Positions 39,598-47,716 of a stretch of 64,000 nucleotides of DNA are shown here, piece after piece. The notes below the pieces were generated by a model that was not told the origin of the DNA, did no database searches, and saw only the letters and a program-made list of their open reading frames with translations. The translations under genes were made by a program, and so were the position numbers. Origin of the DNA: a virus; IMG/VR virus record IMGVR_UViG_3300035670_000055, positions 51,493-115,492 of that record. The stretch is one strand, 5' to 3'. Each line of letters begins with the position of its first letter. Position 1 is the stretch's first letter.

Positions 39598-39678
39598 GCA
39601 TAACATCGGTTTGGTTCTATGGCGTGGAAAACACCTTGCGCATACACGCCACAGAAACCAAGCCTTTTAACGTTAAAA
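39598..39678 (+). repeat. attC-like site 3 (81 bp)
   Basis: GCATAAC..GGTTTGGTTCTATGGCGTG...CACGCCACAGAAACCAAGCC..GTTAAAA; one bulged base. Confidence 0.75.
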
Positions 39679-39915
39679 ACGTTCATCGTCATCTTTTAAT
39701 TTATTTGTTGAAAAGACTACTCTCAAAATAGCCGTAATTAATAAAAAAGGTAAAATAAAAGAAATTGATGCTGTTGGTGAATTGTTACAGCAACCGTCAC
39801 CATCCCAATGCCCGTTTCCTCCGTGTGCAATTGAAATTAAATGCCCTGGAGGACAATTATTTGGATGTTGTTTTGGAGGTCTTGGTATTTCTGAATTTAT
39901 AAATATATCACTCAT
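39673..39915 (-). CDS. Cassette 4 small Pro/Cys/His-rich membrane protein
   Basis: CPPGH..GCC then hydrophobic ISFILPFLLITAIL; TAA stop lies within the GTTAAAA core. Confidence 0.55.
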   Translation of the reverse strand: MSDIFINSEIPRPPKQHPNNCPPGHLISIAHGGNGHWDGDGCCNNSPTASISFILPFLLITAILRVVFSTNKLKDDDERF

Positions 39916-39943
39916 TGTTTTTAATTTTTTTATTTGTTATTAG

Positions 39944-40081
39944 TTCCTGTGACAGGATTCGAACCTGTATGTTATCTTCAACTTTTTTGTTGTCTAATAG
40001 TTTGACAATCTGATTTGTATAAGACTTGCAAATCTAATACTCATTTGATAACCATGTGTCTACCAATTCCACCACACAGGA
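39944..40081 (-). ncRNA. tRNA-like RNA (Leu-type body) with anticodon arm replaced by a multi-hairpin insert
   Basis: Acceptor TCCTGTG/CACAGGA, D-arm GTGGAATTGGTAGACAC, T-arm ACAGG-TTCGAAT-CCTGT; about 90 nt central insert closed by GTTATC/GATAAC. Confidence 0.7.
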
Positions 40082-40089
40082 AAATAAAA

Positions 40090-40118
40090 AAGGCTGTTTA
40101 AATTAATAAACAGCTTTT
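40090..40118 (-). terminator. Terminator-like hairpin upstream of the tRNA-like RNA
   Basis: GCTGTTTA-loop-TAAACAGC with flanking A/T tracts. Confidence 0.5.
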
Positions 40119-40131
40119 ATAAATTTTAAAA

Positions 40132-40569
40132 TTATAATAATTGCTGTTTTTTATAAGCAATCATTTCTAATTTTTCTTCATACAATTCAATTTGTTTTTT
40201 TGTATGATACTTTTGAGCTTGAATTTCTTCTTCTTTTTGTTTTCTAGCTCTAATTCCTTTATTAAATTGTTCATCTAATTGAAAAACATAAGATTCTCTT
40301 AGTTCTACTGTAGCAATTTTATCTACATTAATTTCAATAAAAGCTTGTTCTTCTTGTTCTTTAATTTCTTCAAGTTTTTCTTTTGAAATTTCCAGATAAT
40401 CTTCTAGATCTCTTTTTAATTTTTCAATTTGTGCATTACATTTTCTTTCTTCATCTTTATAATATCTTTCCATACGTTTTTTCATTGAAGAAACTTTTGC
40501 TTCTTCTGTAACGTTTAAAAATGATAATACTCTTTCTACCCATGACTCTTTTTTAGCTTGTGTGCTCAT
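40132..40569 (-). CDS. Coiled-coil hypothetical protein
   Basis: E/K/Q-rich helical sequence. Confidence 0.7.
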   Translation of the reverse strand: MSTQAKKESWVERVLSFLNVTEEAKVSSMKKRMERYYKDEERKCNAQIEKLKRDLEDYLEISKEKLEEIKEQEEQAFIEINVDKIATVELRESYVFQLDEQFNKGIRARKQKEEEIQAQKYHTKKQIELYEEKLEMIAYKKQQLL

Positions 40570-40618
40570 AATAAATAAATGTTTAATAATTAATAATTTT
40601 TTAAATTTTTTTTGTTTG

Positions 40619-42571
40619 TTATTCTATATCTGGAGTTGGTCCATATATATCAAATTCTTTTTCTACAAATATAGAAACATTTTTCCAATAATCAGAAAAT
40701 GTTGATGGATATTGTCCTACTTCATCATGAATATATATATTTCCAAGCCTTTCTTCATAAGGATCATATCCCATTATATATCTTGAAGATACCTTTTCAG
40801 GAATTCCTAACCAAGTTTTCTGTTGTTCATAAGCTTCTTTTGTGGAAGGTTTCCATCTATACTTTATTAAATTTACATAAAGATTATCATATTCGTTAAA
40901 ATTAACTAAATCATTACAATTTAATACTGCAAAAGTTAAATCATTAGAATTTTTAACTTTATATATTTTTCCTTGAATAAAATAATCAGAAAAAGAATCA
41001 ATTGCTTCTATATATTCAGGAACTTCTGTAATACTTTCTTCTGGTAAAGAAATTAATTCTGCCCATTTTCCATTTTGAAATAAGAATCCTCCTCTTATGT
41101 GTGCCCAAATACTGTTTCCAAAAATTCTATAAGTATCAGAACCATCTTTTAAGACATATGTCATTCCATTAATAGAAATATATGTACAACCAATAGGAAA
41201 TCTTTTCTTACATTCTTCTTGAATTTCTTCCATAGATAATTCTTTTTTCTGTAATTCTGTTACGTCATAAGGTTTACCTCTTCTTTCATACTCGTCTATT
41301 TCTTCTTGTGTAGCATATTTCCAGTTTGGATATTCTGGTTTATATTTTACCCAACCATTAGTTATGGAATCTAAAGAATCATATTCAGGTTGTAAATAAG
41401 TTGAATCTTTTCTTTGTTTATAAATATGATTAGATACGAAGTCTTTACTATAACTATCAAATTTATCTGTAATAACAATATATTCTCCTTTTTTAAATTC
41501 ATTAGATTGTATTTTATCTGGATTATTGCTAAACCCTGTTCCATTACAATCTGGACAAGTATCTATTACTTCTGTATGTCCAGAAGGATATAATTTAGCT
41601 ATCATAGTTTCTCCTTCACCATTACAAGTTTCACAAAATTTATCTGGATGATCCAGAGGAAGAAATTCTTGTACTTCTTCTGCAGATATTTCTTGTATTT
41701 GTTCAACTTTTGATTTATCAAAAGTTCCTGAATAATTATAATCAGTACAGCCAAGTATCCAAGGAGACATAACAAGAGTATCTGTATATATATCTATACC
41801 ATTAACTTTACCATAATGATAACTTCCATGATTTTTTTGATACCATTTATACCATTTTCCAAATTCAAATTTCTGATTAATAATTTTATCAGAATGTCCA
41901 TCAGGTAAGTATTCTTGAATTTCTGATAAATCTTCTACTAACTTAATTCTTGTTAAATCTCCACTTGAACCAGTTTCACATCTATAACCACTATTTCCAA
42001 TTAATTCTGAATAAGATAATTTATTTTCTACAGGAATTTTGGAACATTTTCTATAGGCATTTTCACAATTAATTAGTTTATACCATTTACCAGGAATAAA
42101 TTCTATATTAGGCTCTTTAACCTCTTGTTCTGGAGAATAATCTTCTGGTAATAATTCGTATCTTATTCCTAAAGTTCCTTCTGATAAAGCGTTGCTACAA
42201 GAGTAGTTTTTAGAATTTGGAAAATCTACTTTACTTGAAGAAAATATTTTACCAACATCTCCTTTTTTTACTCCACTTCCTAAATGAGGATTGTCTACTA
42301 AAGCTCTAATATATCTACCAATATGTTGTGATAAATCATCAAAATATTCTTGTTGTTTTTTTATTACATAATCTGTATTTAGAAACAGCCAACCATCATA
42401 TTTAAATTCTTCATTTTTATCACAATATACAGTGTATTCATCAGGAACATCTATCCCTAAATAGTTATTCATTTCTCCATCAGAATTCCACTTATCTGGA
42501 CAATTATATTCTTCATCCCATAATCCATCTCGAATAAATTCTTTTTTTGTTTTAAATCTGTATTTACTCAT
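40619..42571 (-). CDS. Large mosaic protein of repeated small modules
   Basis: Recurrent (F)xxGKWYK starts and QE(Y/F)LPxxHxDK linkers; internal CETCNGEG..CPDCNGTG zinc finger. Confidence 0.7.
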   Translation of the reverse strand: MSKYRFKTKKEFIRDGLWDEEYNCPDKWNSDGEMNNYLGIDVPDEYTVYCDKNEEFKYDGWLFLNTDYVIKKQQEYFDDLSQHIGRYIRALVDNPHLGSGVKKGDVGKIFSSSKVDFPNSKNYSCSNALSEGTLGIRYELLPEDYSPEQEVKEPNIEFIPGKWYKLINCENAYRKCSKIPVENKLSYSELIGNSGYRCETGSSGDLTRIKLVEDLSEIQEYLPDGHSDKIINQKFEFGKWYKWYQKNHGSYHYGKVNGIDIYTDTLVMSPWILGCTDYNYSGTFDKSKVEQIQEISAEEVQEFLPLDHPDKFCETCNGEGETMIAKLYPSGHTEVIDTCPDCNGTGFSNNPDKIQSNEFKKGEYIVITDKFDSYSKDFVSNHIYKQRKDSTYLQPEYDSLDSITNGWVKYKPEYPNWKYATQEEIDEYERRGKPYDVTELQKKELSMEEIQEECKKRFPIGCTYISINGMTYVLKDGSDTYRIFGNSIWAHIRGGFLFQNGKWAELISLPEESITEVPEYIEAIDSFSDYFIQGKIYKVKNSNDLTFAVLNCNDLVNFNEYDNLYVNLIKYRWKPSTKEAYEQQKTWLGIPEKVSSRYIMGYDPYEERLGNIYIHDEVGQYPSTFSDYWKNVSIFVEKEFDIYGPTPDIE

Positions 42572-42576
42572 TTTTG

Positions 42577-42933
42577 TTATTCTTTTTTAATTATTTCTAT
42601 TTTTACACTTATAGAACCTCCATATTTTTTAGGTGCTATTTCAAAAAAAGCTGATTTTGATAAATCTAAATCTCTTCCTTTTATAAATGGACCTCTATCA
42701 TTAATTCTAACAATTACAGATTTATCTGTTTCTAAACTTGTCACTTTTAACATTGTTCCAAATTTTAAATATTTATGTGCTGCTGTATATTTGTACATGT
42801 TAAATATTTCTCCAGAGGCAGTTTTTCTTCCATGATGACCTTCACCATAATAAGAAGCTTTTCCTGTTATTATATCATTTTCAAATGAATACATTGTAAA
42901 TAGACATAATAACATAGTCATTACTTTTCTCAT
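42577..42933 (-). CDS. rlpA: RlpA-like (DPBB) lytic transglycosylase with signal peptide
   Basis: [48 protein letters not shown]. Likely start MRKVM at 42933. Confidence 0.9.
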   Translation of the reverse strand: MRKVMTMLLCLFTMYSFENDIITGKASYYGEGHHGRKTASGEIFNMYKYTAAHKYLKFGTMLKVTSLETDKSVIVRINDRGPFIKGRDLDLSKSAFFEIAPKKYGGSISVKIEIIKKE

Positions 42934-42955
42934 AATTTTAAATTTTAATAATCTG

Positions 42956-42963
42956 CAAATATA
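42956..42963 (-). promoter_or_regulatory. Bacteroidota -7 element upstream of rlpA
   Basis: TATATTTG on minus strand. Confidence 0.55.
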
Positions 42964-42974
42964 CAAAAAATAAA

Positions 42975-42999
42975 AATGGCAGAATTTCTTCTGCCATTT
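42975..42999 (-). terminator. Terminator-like hairpin
   Basis: AAATGGCAGAA-loop-TTCTGCCATTT. Confidence 0.55.
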
Positions 43000-43037
43000 C
43001 ATAAAAAACAAATATATGTATATTAAAAATGAGTGTA

Positions 43038-43298
43038 TTATTTTTCTTCTAATTGTTTTAAAAGTTCATCAGCATGAAATACAGCTTGTTCTACTATTGT
43101 CATCGCATCATTAGGTACATTATCAGGACATGCCCATCTTCCTGCTATTAATCCTTGCATTGCTAATCCTGCGAAATATTATCGTTTTGTAAGTCCTAAT
43201 AATGATTTAGTTTGAAATAAATAATTTTCATCTGCTTCATCTGCTAATGAGTTATCTTTAGCATAAATAGGATTAATTGGTTTATCTGCGTTTTTCAT
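43038..43298 (-). pseudogene. GLTKREYFAGLAMQG-family small protein with internal stop
   Basis: Manual: MKNADKPINP...GLTKR*YFAGLAMQG...[11 protein letters not shown]; TAA at 43179-43181 where Glu is expected. Confidence 0.75.
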
Positions 43299-43516
43299 AG
43301 TTCTGTTGCTTCTTTGATTAATTGTTTTACTTCATTTGATAGACCTAACAATTCATAGGTGTTAACTAATTTATCTAACATCTCAAGCATTTCTGTATAT
43401 TTTGATTTTTCTAATGCTTCTAATGCACCTACTGCATAAGCGTTCAAGTCAATAGTATTGTTTTCTTTTGCTTTTTTATCAACTAAAGAATTTACTATTT
43501 GTTGTATATTTTCCAT
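43295..43516 (-). CDS. Hypothetical protein
   Basis: ORF track. Confidence 0.6.
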   Translation of the reverse strand: MENIQQIVNSLVDKKAKENNTIDLNAYAVGALEALEKSKYTEMLEMLDKLVNTYELLGLSNEVKQLIKEATEL

Positions 43517-43518
43517 AA

Positions 43519-43779
43519 CTAAAACATTGTTAAATTATTAGTAAATTTAGACTTGTATTTATTTTTTAGTCTATTTCTTTGACTTTGAAGTTTTCTTACT
43601 TCAAGACATGTAAACGGTTCATTTATATAATGAACTAATAGATTAATGATTGCATCATTAGAACTATTTACTTTTAAATTTAATTCTTTGTTTTGTTTTC
43701 TATCATAAATAATCCATTGATTATTTTCTACTTTCCAGAAAAATCTGTTTTTTAGTTTTTTAAGAAGTTTTGTTTTCAT
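43519..43779 (-). CDS. Hypothetical protein
   Basis: ORF track. Confidence 0.55.
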   Translation of the reverse strand: MKTKLLKKLKNRFFWKVENNQWIIYDRKQNKELNLKVNSSNDAIINLLVHYINEPFTCLEVRKLQSQRNRLKNKYKSKFTNNLTMF

Positions 43780-43781
43780 AA

Positions 43782-44183
43782 TTATTCTTTTTTAACATAA
43801 ACAAACAACTCACCAATCATATTTTTCTTATCTGGAGATTCATTCCAGATAACATATTTAGAAATATAATTTTGCATAAATTCATTTAGTCTTTCTTGTT
43901 TATGATTTTCATAATAGAATTTAGAAATTTCTAATTTTAAATTTATTCCTTCAAATTCATTTATAATAAATTCATTAGAATTAATTATTCTATTTGCTTC
44001 TTGTAATTCTGTATTAACTGATTTTAATTCAGAAACTAATTCTTTAATATTCTTTTCTAAATCTTCAATAATTTCATCTTTTTCATAATTAGTTTTAATT
44101 AATTTACTTAATATTATACTAAATACTAAATAAGTAATTAATAAAGAAAAAGAAAGAAAAATTATTATTAATATATCTTCCAT
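43782..44183 (-). CDS. Membrane-anchored coiled-coil protein
   Basis: N-terminal hydrophobic helix, then coiled coil. Confidence 0.6.
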   Translation of the reverse strand: MEDILIIIFLSFSLLITYLVFSIILSKLIKTNYEKDEIIEDLEKNIKELVSELKSVNTELQEANRIINSNEFIINEFEGINLKLEISKFYYENHKQERLNEFMQNYISKYVIWNESPDKKNMIGELFVYVKKE

Positions 44184-44590
44184 AGTTTAATTATTATTTT
44201 TGTTAAACTCTTTGAATATATTATTCCAAAAAATGATATTAATAATATAATTAATCCAGGTATGAAGAAATAATCTATTTCTGTTTCTGAATTTAAATAA
44301 ATTCCTAATAATAATATAAAGAAATATAAAAACCCAAAGAAATTAATTACATATCTTTCTAAATGAAAGAATATTCTTTTTTCAATAAATTCTTTATAAT
44401 CATTATATTTATAAATATTACTTATATTTAAAGATCCTAAATTTCTTAATTCAATAGAAATTGAGTCTAGTTCTTCAGAAGATATTAAATTTTTTTCTTT
44501 TAAACTAACAATTCCATCTATTATATATGGATGAAATTCTTTATCTATATATTTATGGATAATTATCCATAGTTCTAATTTTGTTCTCAT
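44168..44590 (-). CDS. Membrane protein (two C-terminal TM helices)
   Basis: Hydrophobic segments FFGFLYFFILLLGIY and FFIPGLIILLISFFGIIY. Confidence 0.6.
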   Translation of the reverse strand: MRTKLELWIIIHKYIDKEFHPYIIDGIVSLKEKNLISSEELDSISIELRNLGSLNISNIYKYNDYKEFIEKRIFFHLERYVINFFGFLYFFILLLGIYLNSETEIDYFFIPGLIILLISFFGIIYSKSLTKIIIKLWKIY

Positions 44591-44609
44591 TTTTAATAAT
44601 TGTTATTTG

Positions 44610-45101
44610 TTATTTTTTAATTTTAAATTTAATTAATATACCTGTTTGCCAATACCAATCATGTTCTAAATCAAATTTTTCCATTTTAGAGATAATTTGA
44701 AATGAATTAGATGGTTTAATTACTATTCCTATATTATAAGGAATATAATATCTTTCACTATTATGTTTTATTAATCCATTTGGTATGTTTGTTCTAACAC
44801 CAAATCCTGCACCTGCTGTAACATCAATGTGTTTTGTAATCCAGAAATATACATTTGAATTTATGTCAAAATAGTTTGTTCTGTAATTATCTAATCCATA
44901 TCTAAAAGAAATATTATGAGCTCCTTTTCTCCAACCAGCTTCAAATTGATTTAATTCTAAATCATTAGAAATAGAAAGAGGAATAAATAAAAATTGAATT
45001 TCATCATTGTTATCTCTGGAATAGCCTTTAAAATAATGTGTATATTGTGCATTTATAAAAGAAATACATAATATTAATAATATTGTGATAAATTTTTTCA
45101 T
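44610..45101 (-). CDS. Secreted outer-membrane beta-barrel-like protein
   Basis: Signal peptide MKKFITILLILCISFINAQ; alternating strands (VTAGAGFG, YNIGIVI); C-terminal WYWQTGILIKF. Confidence 0.6.
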   Translation of the reverse strand: MKKFITILLILCISFINAQYTHYFKGYSRDNNDEIQFLFIPLSISNDLELNQFEAGWRKGAHNISFRYGLDNYRTNYFDINSNVYFWITKHIDVTAGAGFGVRTNIPNGLIKHNSERYYIPYNIGIVIKPSNSFQIISKMEKFDLEHDWYWQTGILIKFKIKK

Positions 45102-45117
45102 GATGTTTCGTTATTTG

Positions 45118-45342
45118 TTAATTTATTTTTCCATAACCTTTTAAAAGAATAAATAAATCCATTGGAATGTTAATTGTAATAAAATGGTTTCCCATCATTC
45201 TTTTTTGATACAATATAAATTTACTTGCATTTAATAATTTTTCATGCTCCTTTCTTGATAAATTAATAATATCTGTTTTAAGCAATGCATAAAATTGAAT
45301 TAAATCACCTTCTTTAATATCTACTAATGCTGTTGTGTTCAT
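45118..45342 (-). CDS. Hypothetical protein
   Basis: ORF track. Confidence 0.5.
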   Translation of the reverse strand: MNTTALVDIKEGDLIQFYALLKTDIINLSRKEHEKLLNASKFILYQKRMMGNHFITINIPMDLFILLKGYGKIN

Positions 45343-45460
45343 AATATTTGTTTTTTTTTTTGTTAATCGTAAATGTCGTGATTTGGTTTGCTTAAATCTA
45401 GCGTTCTTAATTCTTTTAAAAACGCTAGAAACTTTTTGAAAAAATGCATTGCGTTAATTG

Positions 45461-45775
45461 TTAAAGTTTAACAATAAATTCTTCTTCTTCTTTTTCAGAA
45501 AAAGTTATTATAACACTTTTTATTGTATTAATTTCTCTATTGAATCCACTTTTATGTATATCACTTTCAAATGCAACTCTTGTTGTTGGTTCAGGATTAA
45601 AAATATCAGTAAATCTCCAATGAACTTCATCACAATTGTTCAACATATATTTTTTAAAAGGATACCAACTGTCTTCTGTATAAACTATTAGAACATTAAA
45701 TCCAAATTCATTTTCTGATATTAATTCGTGTTCTAAATTGGTGTCTAATTTCTTGTTTAAATATATTAATTCCAT
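45461..45775 (-). CDS. Hypothetical protein
   Basis: LNNCDEVHW..RVAFESDIH recurrent motif. Confidence 0.6.
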   Translation of the reverse strand: MELIYLNKKLDTNLEHELISENEFGFNVLIVYTEDSWYPFKKYMLNNCDEVHWRFTDIFNPEPTTRVAFESDIHKSGFNREINTIKSVIITFSEKEEEEFIVKL

Positions 45776-45795
45776 AATATTGATTATTTAAAAAA

Positions 45796-45928
45796 ATATA
45801 CATACAAAATATACAGTTTATAGACTTCAATAAACTATATATAATGTATGTATATATTATTTGATCATGTAGTGCAAGAAGTTGATAAAACAATGTTCAG
45901 TTAAACATTAATTTTTCTTACACTACAT
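45796..45928. ncRNA. Candidate structured RNA (two long hairpins)
   Basis: ATATACATACA../..TGTATGTATAT and ATGTAGTGCAAGAA../..TTCTTACACTACAT. Confidence 0.4.
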
Positions 45929-45934
45929 TTATTT

Positions 45935-46216
45935 TTATTGTAATTCTCTAATAATAGAGTTAACAAAATCTAATCTTTGTTGAAACTCTTTCTCTGCCCA
46001 ATAACAGTATGAATGTTTTATATTTCTAACATTCTTATTACATGGAACAATCTTTTCAAGGCTTCTATATACTAATAATCTATCTGTAAGATCATCATAT
46101 AATTCCTCATCTTGCATAATATTCCAGGTAATATTACATAGATATAAACTTTGATTATTCTCATTTCTTTCAATAAGAATATCTCTCACTTTTTTGTATT
46201 TTTCTAATAAGCTCAT
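45935..46216 (-). CDS. Hypothetical protein
   Basis: ORF track; LC...W..R..F pattern. Confidence 0.6.
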   Translation of the reverse strand: MSLLEKYKKVRDILIERNENNQSLYLCNITWNIMQDEELYDDLTDRLLVYRSLEKIVPCNKNVRNIKHSYCYWAEKEFQQRLDFVNSIIRELQ

Positions 46217-46240
46217 TTTAATATATTTTTGTTTTTTTTT

Positions 46241-46861
46241 CTATAAATTTTGTCTAATGAATTCTTCAATACTAATTTTATCTGACATTATACATTGATC
46301 AGGAGCATCATAATTTTGTCCTTCTCTATACGCTTTTTTACATAATTTTTCTACTTCTTCCCTATTATAACTATCTTTTACTTTTTTAATTGTAATAGTA
46401 TTGTCTTTTGGATTTACTTTTAATCTTTCAAAAACTAAAGGAGATGAATCTCTTAATGATTCATGTAAAGGTTTATTTAAACCTTTTTCATATTCAACTA
46501 ATACATCAGTAATAATATTACCTTTATTATATTCTTCAACATATTTTTGAATAAACTGTTTAGATGGTTGAGGTAAATCTAAAGAACTATCAGTTATTGC
46601 AATAATTTTTCTTTGACCTATACTAATAGGAAAATGATTTTTATGTTGAAAAATATTTCTATTACTATCAATACACCAATCATCTTCTTTTATTACATCA
46701 TCTGAAATAATATAAAGATGTTGATTAGTATGATGAGATAATATATCTAAATTAGTAGATAAATGAAGAGGTTTTCCTGATGCAGTTTTATATAAAGTTA
46801 ATGAAGTATCAATATTGCTATGTGATAACATAACTACTTTTGCTTTTTTAAACGTACTCAT
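46241..46861 (-). CDS. Hypothetical protein
   Basis: QHLYIISDD.IK..DW, KIIAITD, LPQPSKQFIQKY; recurrent Flavobacterial phage family. Confidence 0.7.
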   Translation of the reverse strand: MSTFKKAKVVMLSHSNIDTSLTLYKTASGKPLHLSTNLDILSHHTNQHLYIISDDVIKEDDWCIDSNRNIFQHKNHFPISIGQRKIIAITDSSLDLPQPSKQFIQKYVEEYNKGNIITDVLVEYEKGLNKPLHESLRDSSPLVFERLKVNPKDNTITIKKVKDSYNREEVEKLCKKAYREGQNYDAPDQCIMSDKISIEEFIRQNL

Positions 46862-46903
46862 TGTATTTGTTTTTAAAATTAATATTTGTTTTTTGCTATA
46901 TAT

Positions 46904-47176
46904 TTAAAGAAATTCTAAATTAATATCATCTATTTTTGTATTTTTTAGATAATTAATTAGTTCTTCATTATAATCCATAGAATTAGGATCTTTATATGTT
47001 TCCTGAGATAACATATTTCTTATTACTGAAAATACATTATCTTCATTGTCTAATGTTTCTTGATATACTAATGTTGGTTTATTATTTTTAATAATATATC
47101 CGTATATATCTTTTACTCCTGTTATCATTTCATCTTCTATATGAAGAATTCCTGTTAAATAAATTGTTTTACTCAT
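46904..47176 (-). CDS. Hypothetical protein
   Basis: ORF track. Confidence 0.55.
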   Translation of the reverse strand: MSKTIYLTGILHIEDEMITGVKDIYGYIIKNNKPTLVYQETLDNEDNVFSVIRNMLSQETYKDPNSMDYNEELINYLKNTKIDDINLEFL

Positions 47177-47240
47177 AATTATTTTGTTTTTAGTTAATTA
47201 AATCCAGAAATACTCTATAATATCTCTGGAATATATAATA

Positions 47241-47483
47241 TAAAAAAAGAATCACTTACATCATCCAAAGTCTAGTGGAATATTAAAGTTAGACAACCTC
47301 ATTCCTTGTATTAATATATTTGCAATTCTACTAATACATCTAATCTTTCTGGTGGGATGGGCTTAATATCTTTACAATAAAACACAACTATCTAGTAATA
47401 GTTTATAACAATATCCTAATTCTCAGCTAGGACTGACCATCTTGTAAATGTTATTGTTTATCTTCAAGTGTGTAAGTGATTCT
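47241..47483 (-). ncRNA. Candidate structured ncRNA (~240 nt) with paired ends
   Basis: Perfect 13-bp inverted repeat (47248-47260 / 47471-47483), several internal hairpins, U-tract at 3' end. Confidence 0.5.
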
Positions 47484-47489
47484 AATATA

Positions 47490-47714
47490 TTATTTATTAT
47501 TAAATATATAATCTTCACATTCTTCATATTCCCAAGAAGGATTTAAAAAATGTGTAAGTTCTATTAAATATAAATCTGAATTATATTTAAAACCATAAGC
47601 AGAAACAAAACTATTCTCAGATTTATATTCAAAATTATGGGTACAATCTTCCCAATTACATATATGGAAAAGAGATAATACATACATCAATATAACAAAT
47701 AATAATTCTTTCAT
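47490..47714 (-). CDS. Small secreted or membrane protein
   Basis: Hydrophobic N-terminus. Confidence 0.55.
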   Translation of the reverse strand: MKELLFVILMYVLSLFHICNWEDCTHNFEYKSENSFVSAYGFKYNSDLYLIELTHFLNPSWEYEECEDYIFNNK

Positions 47715-47716
47715 AG

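Larger units (their letters stand above)
38341..39915 (+). mobile_element. Integron-like gene-cassette array (attI-like site, 3 attC-like sites, 4 cassette ORFs)
   Basis: Cassette ends are complementary GTT.../...AAC cores, and imperfect palindromes of 80-132 bp separate single ORFs. Confidence 0.75.

Noticed and set aside
38341-39700. CRISPR array or IS/MITE reading of the repeats
   Set aside because: Repeats are divergent palindromes separated by whole ORFs; no constant repeat-spacer period and no transposase.
39944-40081. tRNA with group I intron, or tmRNA
   Set aside because: Insert of about 90 nt is too short and lacks group I core or tag-peptide features.
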